DNA of 64,000 nucleotides from Candidatus Methanosuratincola verstraetei (GTDB taxonomy: Archaea; Thermoproteota; Methanomethylicia; Methanomethylicales; Methanomethylicaceae), in the NCBI GenBank assembly GCA_049570475.1, contig CP186953.1, positions 864,001 through 928,000 of the forward strand. The letters run 5' to 3'. The position numbers and the translations under genes are program-made. Shown here piece by piece: positions 37,441-47,409 of this stretch (its first letter is position 1; every line of letters begins with the position of its first letter). A model generated the notes under the pieces. That model was not told where the DNA came from and made no database searches. It worked only from the letters and a program-made list of their open reading frames with translations.

Positions 37441-38793
37441 ATGGGAGGAAAGGTGATCTTGATGAATACCCGCAAGAAGGGTAAGGAAGACATTTTGCTT
37501 GAGATTGACAAGGATGGTATAATAAAAAGCATAAACGAAGCTGGTGCACGCATCTTCGGATACAGGGCCTCAGATCTTATCGGAAAAAGCATAGTCGGGA
37601 CAATAATGGCATCGAAGGGCAAGGAGGAGGACTCGAAACTCGTTTCCAAGATCTTCGCCGCCCCGAACGGTACCATTTCCATTATGGAGAACATCAGCAG
37701 AACCGGATCGCCAGTGACCGTTAAGTGGGTTAACGAGGCGGTCGCTGGTGATGATGGATCCGTCTTCGCTAGGAGGTGCATTGGTACAGTCCTCGCCATA
37801 GACTCCAGTGACGAGCTGAAGGCACTCCAGTGTTCGTTCGATCTGATGCGCGAGAACCTCCGGAAGGTAATATTGAAGATCGCCCAGTCCGCAACGCATG
37901 TCTCGGAGTATGCTGGAACACTCGGGTCTTCAGCTGAAGAGCTCTCTTCATCAGCAAACCAAGTCTCCCAGTCGATCCAGCAAATAGGTAGCGGAGCCCA
38001 ATCGCAGGCGAAGTCAGTTAGCGAGATTGCGACTATGACCAAGGACGTTTTGGATGCTGTCTTCTCAGCAAGAGCGCTGGCGGACGAGGTGGAAGTAGCC
38101 TCCAAGAAAGCGCTGACCAGTACCACCTCTGTATCCGAATTAGGGAGATCAGCACTCGAGAGCCTTGAGAAGATAAAGGCAGATGTAAAAAATGCCAAGT
38201 CTAGTGCGGACGTGCTGTACGAGTCCAACGCTAAGGTCTCGGAGATAACATCCACCATAAAGGACATCGCAGACCAGGTTTCGCTTCTAGCGCTCAACGC
38301 TGCGATCGAGGCGGCAAGGGCAGGTGAGGCAGGGAAGGGTTTTGCAGTCGTTGCCGAGGAAATCCGGAAGCTCGCAGGCGAGACTCGAACATCCGCTGAA
38401 AAGGTAAGCGATCTAGTGGGTGATGTGACGGCGAAGACAAAGCAGGCTTCATCTGCAATTATCTCCGTCGCAGAAAATGTAGAGAAGGGATCGCTGGCAA
38501 TAAGCAATGCACTCGAGAAAATCCCTGCAATATCAGATGTTGCAAAGGATGTTGAAAGCAAGGCCTCGGCAGTCAAGACTAAACTTGCCAGCATCGAGGA
38601 GTCGGCAAAGACGATAAACAGCAACGTCAGTAACCTAGCGTCTGCATCGCAGGAGATGGCCGCCTCATCCGAAGAAATATCCGCTGCTGCTGAAGAGCAG
38701 GCCTCTGCTGTGGAGAGGCTTGCAACAATGGCGCAGGAGCTATCGAATCTGGCAGTCAAGCTCAAGGAGGTTGTCTCGAGCTTCAAGACTTGA
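37441..38793 (+). CDS. PAS domain, HAMP helix 2 and MCP signalling domain
   Basis: PAS ([12 protein letters not shown]), [48 protein letters not shown]. Confidence 0.9.
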   Translation: MGGKVILMNTRKKGKEDILLEIDKDGIIKSINEAGARIFGYRASDLIGKSIVGTIMASKGKEEDSKLVSKIFAAPNGTISIMENISRTGSPVTVKWVNEAVAGDDGSVFARRCIGTVLAIDSSDELKALQCSFDLMRENLRKVILKIAQSATHVSEYAGTLGSSAEELSSSANQVSQSIQQIGSGAQSQAKSVSEIATMTKDVLDAVFSARALADEVEVASKKALTSTTSVSELGRSALESLEKIKADVKNAKSSADVLYESNAKVSEITSTIKDIADQVSLLALNAAIEAARAGEAGKGFAVVAEEIRKLAGETRTSAEKVSDLVGDVTAKTKQASSAIISVAENVEKGSLAISNALEKIPAISDVAKDVESKASAVKTKLASIEESAKTINSNVSNLASASQEMAASSEEISAAAEEQASAVERLATMAQELSNLAVKLKEVVSSFKT

Positions 38794-39021
38794 TCTGATT
38801 GCGGAGTCAGGAGTCGACTTGGAGGGTTTTGGGTTGCTTGAACATCAAAAAAGTTAGCACCCTCCAATATAACTTTCTTAACCAGAAGGGCTCTTCTGTA
38901 TTAAACTATTTGTTTCTTATTTTCTTCATTACAAAATAGTTCTCAGCGGTTTCAAGTTCTTGATGGGGATGGTTCCCCATGGCTTATTGGTCAAGCGAAC
39001 ATTTACAGAATAATCAGAAGA

Positions 39022-39054
39022 AAGCCCATTGGCTTTAGCCGTGGGAGTATGCCA
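39022..39054 (+). mobile_element. IS200/IS605-family right-end hairpin remnant
   Basis: AAGCCCATTGGCTTTAGCCGTGGGAGTATGCCAA resembles the typical AAGCCCACGGCTTTAGCCGTGGGAG end; no transposase present. Confidence 0.55.
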
Positions 39055-39299
39055 ACAGTTTGGTAAATGGATCCTGCAAACTTCAAGGGGAGTGCATAGG
39101 GCCCTTCATAAAAACAGCTTTTAATGAATGACTCAGTTCTGCCTACGGTTGGCTAAATCTTTTGAAAAGATTTGCAATAGGTAATGCTTAAAAAAAAGAG
39201 CCTAAAATGAGTGCACATATGAGGACTATCGCTCTCTTGCACGGTCAAAAGGACAGCGAACACTACGAAGTCGGGCACGAGCGTGAGCAAAGAACAAAA

Positions 39300-39689
39300 A
39301 TGAAATTGCTTGTTGTGGTGTTGTTAACCCTTGCAATCCTCTCGGTCTACGCAACCAATGGTTGGATTCTGAAATTAGGTGAGAACGAACGACCATTTAT
39401 GTTGATGGGCGTGCCGACCATTGTGGACACAGAAACGGGGAGCGGGATAGTGGTAAGGATAAAGAGCACGTGCAACGAGACGCTGCTAATCTCATCCCTG
39501 ACCCTGAGGCTGAAAGCGGACTCCGGCGGAGCGCTAACGATCACTACGTTCTCTTGCAAAGAGATCGCACCGGGGGAGTTGGTGCAGATAACGGCGTTCT
39601 CTCCGGTGAAGCTGGATGGCAGCTCCTACGAAGCCACCATCACCATCAACGGCAAAGACTACCCGTTCGTGGCCCGCAGAAATGCCTGA
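39300..39689 (+). CDS. Small exported beta-rich (Ig-like) hypothetical protein
   Basis: N-terminal hydrophobic signal; EIAPGELVQI Ig/CARDB-like pattern. Confidence 0.6.
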   Translation: MKLLVVVLLTLAILSVYATNGWILKLGENERPFMLMGVPTIVDTETGSGIVVRIKSTCNETLLISSLTLRLKADSGGALTITTFSCKEIAPGELVQITAFSPVKLDGSSYEATITINGKDYPFVARRNA

Positions 39690-39913
39690 TTCATGCGATG
39701 GGCTTTCATTTGGTCTCATCAGCCAGAAGCTGCCCTGCCCTGCCTGTGAGGATAGGCAGCAGAAGTCATTCCTCTTTTCAGAATATTCAAAGCAATGATT
39801 CTTCGAGCCGCCCGCCCTTTATATATTGCGCCTTGGATACTAGGTTGGGATAAATAAAACATGTTAAATAAAAATCATTCGAGACGCCTATTTTGAAGGA
39901 AGGTATGCCCTTT

Positions 39914-41278
39914 TCAGAGCCTGCGTATGTACCTCTCGACCTCCCAGTTCGTGACCTGGATCCTGTAGGCGTCCCATTCCTTCCTCTTCACGGAGAGGTA
40001 GTTCTCGAAAGCCGTCTCCCCGAGGACCTCCTTCATGAACTCGCTCTTCTCCGTCTCGTCGAGAGCCTCCTTGAGCGACTCGGGTAGCGAGACGATGTTT
40101 CGCGCCTTCCTCTCCTCGTAGCTCAACTTGTACACGTTGAGCTCGGTCGGCGGTCCGGGGTCTATTTTGTTCTTTATCCCGTCGAGCATCGCCATGCTCA
40201 GTGCCGCAAACTGCAGGTACGGGTTACCGGCCGGATCAGGGCACCTGATCTCGAACCTTGCAGCGTTCTTCCTGCCGCCGAAGTTCGGGACCCTGATTAG
40301 CGGGGATCTGTTCTTGAACGCCCAGGCCACGTATACGGGCGCTTCGTATCCTGGCACAAGCCTCTTGTACGAATTCGGCCAAGAGGCGAGGATCGAGCAC
40401 ATCTCCCTGCCGTGGGCGAGTTGCCCCCCTATGCTGTACCTGGCGATATCGGAAAGATAGTTCGAGTTCGGGTCTTCGGAATAGAACATGTTCTTTGTTA
40501 GGTCGAGATTCCATAGGCTCTGGTGGACGTGCATCCCAGACCCGTTCACCCCAAAGAACGGCTTAGGCATGTATGTGGCTATGTAACCGTTCTTGGCGGC
40601 CACCACCTTGGTGACCATCTTCATGGTTATCGCCCTGTCTGCCGTCACCAGACCCTCGTCGTACTTGAAGTCTATTTCGTTCTGCCCGAGGGCGACCTCA
40701 TGGTGCGAGATCTCGATGTTTATCCCGAACATCTCCGCGGTGTCAGCGATCTCCCTCCTGAGCTCATCGGTCAGGTCCCCTGGGTGGAAGTCGAAGTACC
40801 CTGCCATGTCTATCGGCTTAGGCACCTGCGAGTTCTCGTCCTCCTTGACAACGAAGAACTCGAGCTCTGGTGCGCAGAAGAACCTGAACCCCGCCTCCTT
40901 GCACTTCTCCATCGCCTTCTCGAGTATGTACCTGGGGTCCCCCTCAAACCTCTTGTTGTCCGGCGTGTACACATCGCAGATCAGCCTGCACGAGGACCTC
41001 TCCTTTGCCCTCCACGGGATCACCGCGAACGTGGTCGGGTCGGGGTATAGCACCATGTCCGACTCCTCGATCGACCTGTAGCCGGTAATAGAGGAGCCGT
41101 CGAAAGACTGCCCGTTCTCGAATATGCTCTCGATATTCTTGGTGCTCACCGCCAGGCTCTTAAGCACACCGTTCAGGTCCGTGAACTGGAGCCTGGCAAA
41201 CTTTATGTTGTTCTCGTTTATCTCGTTGACCACTTGGGTCACTTTTTCCTTCCAGACCGCATCCTTAAAGTTCTTCAT
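39914..41278 (-). CDS. glnA: Glutamine synthetase type I
   Basis: FDGSSITG, HHEVA, MPKPFFGVNGSGMHVHQS, KRLVPGYEAP, EIRCPDP. Confidence 0.96.
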   Translation of the reverse strand: MKNFKDAVWKEKVTQVVNEINENNIKFARLQFTDLNGVLKSLAVSTKNIESIFENGQSFDGSSITGYRSIEESDMVLYPDPTTFAVIPWRAKERSSCRLICDVYTPDNKRFEGDPRYILEKAMEKCKEAGFRFFCAPELEFFVVKEDENSQVPKPIDMAGYFDFHPGDLTDELRREIADTAEMFGINIEISHHEVALGQNEIDFKYDEGLVTADRAITMKMVTKVVAAKNGYIATYMPKPFFGVNGSGMHVHQSLWNLDLTKNMFYSEDPNSNYLSDIARYSIGGQLAHGREMCSILASWPNSYKRLVPGYEAPVYVAWAFKNRSPLIRVPNFGGRKNAARFEIRCPDPAGNPYLQFAALSMAMLDGIKNKIDPGPPTELNVYKLSYEERKARNIVSLPESLKEALDETEKSEFMKEVLGETAFENYLSVKRKEWDAYRIQVTNWEVERYIRRL

Positions 41279-41344
41279 GTTCCCACCGATCAAATAACAA
41301 TCCAAACAACATCTTTCTGTTCGTATATAAAACTTTCCAAAGAA

Positions 41345-41365
41345 TTACTAAACAAATTTTAGTAA
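41345..41365. promoter_or_regulatory. Perfect 8-bp inverted repeat upstream of the glnA TATA box
   Basis: TTACTAAA-caaat-TTTAGTAA. Confidence 0.4.
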
Positions 41366-41445
41366 ATGGCGGATAAATTATAAAAATTTTACGATGTTGG
41401 TGAGAAGATCGGGAATGAAAAATGGGGAAAAAGATAGTTCAGGGG

Positions 41446-41826
41446 CTACTTCTGGTTTGCCCAAAGGCTGTGTATGTTGCAGTACTCCCTGGCCTTCTTT
41501 ACTTCCTTTGCCGTCTCGAACTCAGCCTCCGGTGAGTCCCCGGGTGTAAGGAACCTGATCATCACCGTGTCTCCAGTTGATGCCTCTATCCATTCAATGT
41601 AGTGCTCTGGCATCATAGGGTGCGGAGTCGATCCGACCTTTACCCTGTACCCCTTCTCTGTCTTCTCGATAACTGGTACATGCTTCTCCTTCGCCATGTC
41701 CGCTGTCTTCTCTACCTGTAGCTTCATGGGCTTCCCGCAGCAAACCAGCTGCCCGGCGCCCGCATGCATCACCATCACTATATTCCCGCAGACCTCGCAC
41801 TTGTATACCTGCATCCTCTCTGTCAT
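41446..41826 (-). CDS. dfx: Desulfoferrodoxin (2Fe superoxide reductase)
   Basis: [29 protein letters not shown]. Confidence 0.95.
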   Translation of the reverse strand: MTERMQVYKCEVCGNIVMVMHAGAGQLVCCGKPMKLQVEKTADMAKEKHVPVIEKTEKGYRVKVGSTPHPMMPEHYIEWIEASTGDTVMIRFLTPGDSPEAEFETAKEVKKAREYCNIHSLWANQK

Positions 41827-42497
41827 TTTCTCGCCTCCTCAAGCTTCCTGTAGCAGAACCACCAGTCGAAGCCTTCGTACTTCTTGAGCCGCTCCTTCGC
41901 ATCCTTCACGTTATTCGGCGGTGGAACTATCACCTTGTCACCTATGATCTCGTTGTTCGGCCAGTTCGCTGGGAGCGCCACGTTCTCCTTGTCGCTGACC
42001 TGGAGCGCCTTGAGGAACCTCAGGATCTCGTCCATGTTTCTCCCAACGGAGAGCGGGTAATAGAGTATCCCCCTGATGATCCCTTCCGGGTCAATTATGA
42101 ATGTCGCCCTTACTGCCTGCGTCCCCTTCGCTTCAGGGTGGAGCATCCCGTAGAGCGCAGCTATCCTCCCTGTGTTGTCGGCTATGATTGGGAAAGGTAT
42201 TTCTACCTTCAGCTTCTCTGATATCCACTCCTCCCACTTTATATGTGAATAGACTTGGTCGATTGAGAGCCCGACTAGCTCGGCGTTCATCTCCTTGAAC
42301 TTGTCGTACCTCTTTGCGAAAGCAACGAACTCTGTGGTGCAAACTGGGGTGAAGTCTGCGGGGTGGCTGAAAAGTATCACCCATTTTCCCTTGAAGTCTG
42401 ATGGGAAGTTTATCGGCCCTTTTGTGGTCTGCGCGGAGAATGCGGGTGCTTGGTCGCCTATCAGTGGAAGTCTCACAATTTCTGAAATGTTAATCAC
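41823..42497 (-). CDS. Peroxiredoxin (Prx6/archaeal type)
   Basis: [29 protein letters not shown]. Confidence 0.95.
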   Translation of the reverse strand: MINISEIVRLPLIGDQAPAFSAQTTKGPINFPSDFKGKWVILFSHPADFTPVCTTEFVAFAKRYDKFKEMNAELVGLSIDQVYSHIKWEEWISEKLKVEIPFPIIADNTGRIAALYGMLHPEAKGTQAVRATFIIDPEGIIRGILYYPLSVGRNMDEILRFLKALQVSDKENVALPANWPNNEIIGDKVIVPPPNNVKDAKERLKKYEGFDWWFCYRKLEEARK

Positions 42498-42580
42498 CTA
42501 TCCTTATAATATCTTCCTCCTTAATAAGCTTTAGATGGGTCAGAAAAAGCTTAACTACCGAGTTGACACAGTCTTAGCCA

Positions 42581-43465
42581 ATGCCAATCTCAACCAAGAC
42601 TGCGGAAGCGATTTCGCTTTTCAACAGGATGCACTCTGGGGAGGTAAGCGCCGAGGCCCTGGAGGAGAGGGAGCGGCAGCTCGTCGTCCTGTTTGGCGGG
42701 CAGATCAGCCAGAGCTGCTGCGCCGCCGACTACTTTGAAGACCTTGCCTTGATTCTGAGGGATTCGCACGGCGTAGATTACGCCGCTTGGGAGTGTTCGC
42801 CATCCGGCAAGCTGGGAAGAAACTTTGTGGCGACATACGCAAGACTGGACTTCCTCGGGGAGCTCAGGGGTATAGTCGAGTCTATCCGCCCCCGCGTCGA
42901 GGACCGGCTCAGGGAGTTCGAGGCGATAGGAAGGCGCATGGATCCGAGAGAGATCTTCAGCGAGCTCTGCTTCTGCATCCTCACGGCAAACTACACCGCA
43001 GAGGGGGGGATCAGGATTCAGCAGAGCCTAAGGCATCACTTCATGGACAAGCCTCTGAAAGAGATGGCATGCTGCCTTAAGTCGCTCGGGCACAGGTTCC
43101 CTAACAAGCGCGCAGAGTTCATATGCGAGGCGAGGCAGCTCTGCGACGGGATCCTCCAGGCGCTGAGTATGGACGACCGGGCGGCTAGGGAGTGGCTAGT
43201 CGAGAACGTCAAGGGCTTGGGTTACAAAGAGGCGAGCCACTTCCTCAGAAATGTCGGTCGTAAGGATGTCGCTATAATAGACCGACACATACTCCGCTTT
43301 CTCCACCAGAAGGGTCTCATCGACTCAATCCCGCAGACGCTCTCGCGTAGGAGATACTTCTCGATTGAGCGCCTCCTATCCGCAATCTCCGGCGCTCTGG
43401 GCGCAAGCCTTGCAGAGCTGGACCTTTACATCTGGTATGCGATGACGGGGAAGGTCTTGAAGTGA
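42581..43465 (+). CDS. ogg: 8-oxoguanine DNA glycosylase/AP lyase (Ogg2 type) with N-terminal extension
   Basis: ELCFCILTAN, GLGYKEASHFLRNVG, IIDRH, C-terminal TGKVLK. Confidence 0.9.
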   Translation: MPISTKTAEAISLFNRMHSGEVSAEALEERERQLVVLFGGQISQSCCAADYFEDLALILRDSHGVDYAAWECSPSGKLGRNFVATYARLDFLGELRGIVESIRPRVEDRLREFEAIGRRMDPREIFSELCFCILTANYTAEGGIRIQQSLRHHFMDKPLKEMACCLKSLGHRFPNKRAEFICEARQLCDGILQALSMDDRAAREWLVENVKGLGYKEASHFLRNVGRKDVAIIDRHILRFLHQKGLIDSIPQTLSRRRYFSIERLLSAISGALGASLAELDLYIWYAMTGKVLK

Positions 43466-43500
43466 GGATTGATTACAGTCCTTCGAATGGGCATTTCCAG

Positions 43501-43527
43501 AAAAAGGCTGAATTCAAGCCTTTTTTC
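43501..43527 (+). terminator. Hairpin/oligo-T terminator after ogg
   Basis: AAAAAGGCT-gaattca-AGCCTTTTTT. Confidence 0.55.
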
Positions 43528-43701
43528 CCTCCCCTGCCAGGTCCTCTTCCATTGATTCGTGTTTCAACTGCCGCCCTCTTTTGCAGTACTTAATTTATTC
43601 TAATTGTGAGCTTCTTTCAAAACATGTTTGAAAGCGCCCCTCAAATTGCTTAAACAGCTCAAGGATCGATATTCTGAGACCATGTTACGGATGAGACGTC
43701 T

Positions 43702-44510
43702 ATGCAAATGAAAGAACAGCAACTCCATGAAATGACCGAGGCTGACCCGTCCGAGGTCGGCGGGAAGTGCACAAACCAGATCTCGCTAATCAGGTCCGGC
43801 TTCAGGGTGCCCGAAGGGTTCGTTGCCCCTGTGAGCGTTTACCGCTCCTTCTTGTCGAGTAACGACCTACATTCGAAGATAATTCAGATGTTGGCATCCG
43901 CCCAACAGGAGAGCGAAAGAGACCTTCTAGAGGTCTCGCAAAGAATAAAATCGATGATCTTAAAGGCGCCTCTCCCCGCGGAGGTGGAAGAAATGCTGGC
44001 TGCCGCGGTTATGGGATCCGGTACCGACGCTCTGTGGGCAGTCCGCTCTTCCGCAACCGCCGAGGATCTGGCATCCGCCTCATTCGCAGGGCAGCAGGAC
44101 ACCTGCCTTAAAGTCCCAACTGATGGCATCGCTGATTCAGTTAAGAAATGCTGGGCCTCCTTCTGGAATGAGCGGGCGATCGCCTACCGCCAGCGGAACC
44201 GAATACCCCATGAGGACGGCGGGATGGCAGTAATCGTCCAGAGGATGGTTGGTGCTTTCTCCTCTAGTGTGATGTTCACATGCGACCCGATCTCAGGATC
44301 TGCCGATGCGATGGTCGTGGAGTCTACATGGGGGCTAGGCGAGTCTGTTGTTTCCGGGAGCATCACCCCCGACCGGTTCGTGATCGAAAAGGAAACTTTT
44401 GCAGTTAGGGAACGGAGAATCGGCAACAAGCCAACCGCAGTCTACCTCTCTATGGCAAGTGAGGCGCTCGAGGAATTGGATCCGGGGTTGCAGAGTATCT
44501 GGTCAAAAAG
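43702..44510 (+). pseudogene. Truncated PEP synthase/rifampicin phosphotransferase-like N-terminal ATP-binding domain
   Basis: VGGK, AVRSSATAEDLASASFAGQQDT, WGLGESVVSG present; no PQDIEW motif or swivel-His domain; the ORF runs on antisense into the ferredoxin gene. Confidence 0.7.
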
Positions 44511-44558
44511 TTCTAGAGATGAATGCCATGCCGAAATCTTGGGATTGGACGATGCCCC

Positions 44559-44819
44559 TCAGAAAACCCTGATCGCGCCTTCAGGGCAGACCTCAACGCA
44601 CTTCATGCACTTCGTGCAGAGCGAGTTCCACACAGGGGTGATCCTCCAATACTGCGGGTCGATCGGGTCCTGCTCGACCCCCAGTGTCTCATGCATGATG
44701 AACACGGCCGGGTCGCAGACGCGGAGGCACTTGCAACACTCCCTCGGATCGACCTTCCCTTTCTCCCCGCACTTCTCGTAGTCCACCTCGATCCTTATCT
44801 TCTCTGGCAGCCAAAGCAC
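44559..44819 (-). CDS. Small ferredoxin-like protein
   Basis: CTKCMKCVEVCP and ECCKCLRVCDP motifs. Confidence 0.8.
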   Translation of the reverse strand: MLWLPEKIRIEVDYEKCGEKGKVDPRECCKCLRVCDPAVFIMHETLGVEQDPIDPQYWRITPVWNSLCTKCMKCVEVCPEGAIRVF

Positions 44820-45688
44820 TAATAACTCCCCCTCGCGGCCGGGACCTCATCACGCGGCACTAGATTTAGCGCATCATGTGCGCAAGAGTGCCTGCAGACG
44901 CCGCACCCCCAGCACTTCATCGGGTCCACGATTGCTCTCCCCAGCGACGGGACTAGCCTGATCGCGCCGAACTGGCACTTATGGACACACATCCCGCATG
45001 CCTGGCAGTTGTCTGCATCAACCCTCATCACATACTCCGATTTGTATACCGTGTGCAAGCCGAAGTCCTGCCTCAGCCTGAGACCGCCACATTCCGGATT
45101 CTCGCAGGAGCAGATGGCGTTGATGTATGGCACAGGCTGGAACCAGACCGAAGCAACATACCCCCTGCGGTTGTGCTTCTCGATCCTCTCCATTGCCTCT
45201 TCCCTGCTAATCCTTGCTGTGTTGTTCTCTGGGATGAAGCGCGGGAGCCGCTCGATCACCGTCGAGAGGACGCCGAAGTTGATGCAGCACCTCTCTTTTA
45301 TCCCCCTCTGCATCCACCTGCACATGCAGTAGTTCTCGATTATCGGCTCGGCTGCGAGGTTCCCTAAAATAATCTTAGCCTCCTCGAGGGGTATCACCTG
45401 GCCGAAGTGCCCGTCCGCCCTCGTTGGGTTCCTGTTCTTTGACTCGCTGTGGATCATCCTCTCGGCCTGCCATCGGAGCACCCTCCCAATAATCGGGAGC
45501 CTGAGCTTGTAGCCAAGGTCAACGGAGGATATCCCCATGATCTTCCTTATGTAGACCTGCTCGAAGTTGGTCCACTGCTCGCTCAGGTACTCCTTCGCCC
45601 TTAGCTCGTCCGCCAGCTCATTCGAGTAGTTCCTGGCATTCATGTACCATTTCTTCCCAGCGCCGTGCTTGGTGCACCAGTCGCACAC
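44819..45688 (-). CDS. 4Fe-4S dicluster protein with Cys-rich N-terminal domain
   Basis: MCDWCTKHG, CMCR..CC, ICSC..C, CQACGMCVHKC, CWGCGVCRHSC. Confidence 0.85.
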   Translation of the reverse strand: MCDWCTKHGAGKKWYMNARNYSNELADELRAKEYLSEQWTNFEQVYIRKIMGISSVDLGYKLRLPIIGRVLRWQAERMIHSESKNRNPTRADGHFGQVIPLEEAKIILGNLAAEPIIENYCMCRWMQRGIKERCCINFGVLSTVIERLPRFIPENNTARISREEAMERIEKHNRRGYVASVWFQPVPYINAICSCENPECGGLRLRQDFGLHTVYKSEYVMRVDADNCQACGMCVHKCQFGAIRLVPSLGRAIVDPMKCWGCGVCRHSCAHDALNLVPRDEVPAARGSY

Positions 45689-45943
45689 AATTTATCACCG
45701 GCAATGTATTCTTCTCTGCCCCGTTCAGGATATAATGCTTGTGAATTGATGCCATCCAATGACAGCCACAGAAAATTCTTTGACCAAGCGCAATGATTTG
45801 GAAGTGCTGTGGGCGCAGTGGCTACTACGATCTAGTCTGAAAGGCTGCAAAAAGGGGCAGCATTTCAGTACGTGCCTGGGGGAACTGCCCGAGTTGTTAA
45901 GATCTGCAGAAAATATAGGTAAAAGTGAATTCTCTTTAAAAAG

Positions 45944-46219
45944 TCAATCCTTCATGGCATTATTTTTGCTGATTAATTGCAGCAGGCTTCTGTACCGCTG
46001 TATGAACTCTCTCCCTTTCTCTGTGGTGCAATACTTCGTTCCGTCTCCAAAGGTGCAAAGTAGACCGTGGTCAACCAGCAGCCTGATGTGCTCTTCTGCA
46101 CGGAGGAAATTGAGGTTTGCATTGTAAACAATTGCGGTCTTGTTAACTCCGCCTTTCTTGTCCGCTACTTCTAATATTGAAGAGAACACGTCAAATAGTG
46201 CCCTCTTAGTTTTTCCCAA
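45944..46219 (-). CDS. Archaeal winged-helix transcription regulator (HTH_45-like)
   Basis: KTAIVYNANLNF...YCTTEKGREF. Confidence 0.8.
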   Translation of the reverse strand: MGKTKRALFDVFSSILEVADKKGGVNKTAIVYNANLNFLRAEEHIRLLVDHGLLCTFGDGTKYCTTEKGREFIQRYRSLLQLISKNNAMKD

Positions 46220-46349
46220 ACCTGTCCCCCGTTTGTTTCAGGATAACAGCCAAGTCTAGAACTGACGCATCTAAATTATATTATTTAAATAATATAAAAA
46301 CATTATTATGTTTATCTGTAATACAAAAATTGAATAAAAAACTGAAATG

Positions 46350-47360
46350 TTAAGCTTGAGGAATCTTGTACGTGTACCTGGTACCGTTGTCAATCACCAA
46401 GAACAGCTGCTCCTTATCAGTCAATGTGTGCAAGATCGGTCTTGCAAGAATCTCGGCTAGCTTCTTTAGCTCCTCAAAGTCCTTGACTTCAACGTATTTG
46501 GCCGTTTCCTCCTTCTCGATCTCGGCATTAACTATTAGATCCTTGTTTTCGCTCAGTATCTTCTCGACTATCTCGGAACTGGTCTTCGGCGGGCGTTTCC
46601 TAAAGTACGTCCATCCCATAAAACCGAGCCCTGCAAGCGACGCCAAGAGGGCAATCGTGAACAAGATCCTCTGATTGTTCACGTATTCGTATGTGATTCG
46701 CTTAGTCTCAACTAATTTCCCGTCCTTTGTGGTGCTTAGCGGGGAGACCGTCAAATATCTGCCTCCTACGTCCTGCTTGAAAGAGATGTTGGTCTCCGAC
46801 ACAAATTTCTCCTCCACATTTCCGGCTGACGTTACTGCACTGGTGGTTATTGTCGGCCTAATCCTCAGGTTGTACTCAGTTGTGCTCGTCCCAGTCTCGA
46901 GGTCAAGCAGCTTCACGAACGCATCTAAGGAACTCTTGTTCACGTAGAGATGGAATCTGGAGTCTTCGATGCTGAGGTTGACCAGGGCGGCTGCCTCAGC
47001 AATAGTCAACTCCCTACTCCACCTGTTGGGTGATTCTACTGCTAGTTTAAGGGAAAGTTCGGCATTCAGGCTACTCACGGAGGCATTTGTGACAAAGCTG
47101 TAGGCAAAGTAGAGATCAATCCGCTCTAGCAGGTTGGTGTAGATCTTCTGGACATCCGAGCCGACTTCCGTCCTGTTGTAAATCAGGTTTGGTGCAATGT
47201 GAGCCACATAGTCGAAAGTACCTGTGTGCTTGTATGCTGCCTTAATCGTGGTTTCGACACTTTCTGTCGGGCTCATGTAGGCGTAAGCGAGACCAACCGT
47301 GCTGATTGCTGTGGCTAATATGAATACAACGATTGCAACTTTTAATATTGAAATCTTCAT
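46350..47360 (-). CDS. DUF5305-like membrane-anchored exported protein
   Basis: N-terminal TM, HTGTFDYVA..NLIY..IYTNL, C-terminal TM, cytoplasmic tail DFEELKKLAEILARPILH. Confidence 0.65.
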   Translation of the reverse strand: MKISILKVAIVVFILATAISTVGLAYAYMSPTESVETTIKAAYKHTGTFDYVAHIAPNLIYNRTEVGSDVQKIYTNLLERIDLYFAYSFVTNASVSSLNAELSLKLAVESPNRWSRELTIAEAAALVNLSIEDSRFHLYVNKSSLDAFVKLLDLETGTSTTEYNLRIRPTITTSAVTSAGNVEEKFVSETNISFKQDVGGRYLTVSPLSTTKDGKLVETKRITYEYVNNQRILFTIALLASLAGLGFMGWTYFRKRPPKTSSEIVEKILSENKDLIVNAEIEKEETAKYVEVKDFEELKKLAEILARPILHTLTDKEQLFLVIDNGTRYTYKIPQA

Positions 47361-47409
47361 AGTTATACTCCTCTCTTTCAAATTATTAAATTTTTACAAA
47401 AAAATTCGG

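Noticed and set aside
37320-37797. Intron or intein explaining the split receptor
   Set aside because: The insert contains a stop codon, an intergenic spacer, an RBS and an intact PAS domain; no bulge-helix-bulge or intein motifs were recognised
37377-38867. 496-aa antisense ORF over the PAS-MCP gene
   Set aside because: Ser/Ala-rich shadow of a coiled-coil gene with no motifs
42525-42553. Perfect IR TAAGCTTT-N13-AAAGCTTA between prx and ogg as an operator
   Set aside because: More simply explained as back-to-back BRE/TATA elements of the two divergent promoters
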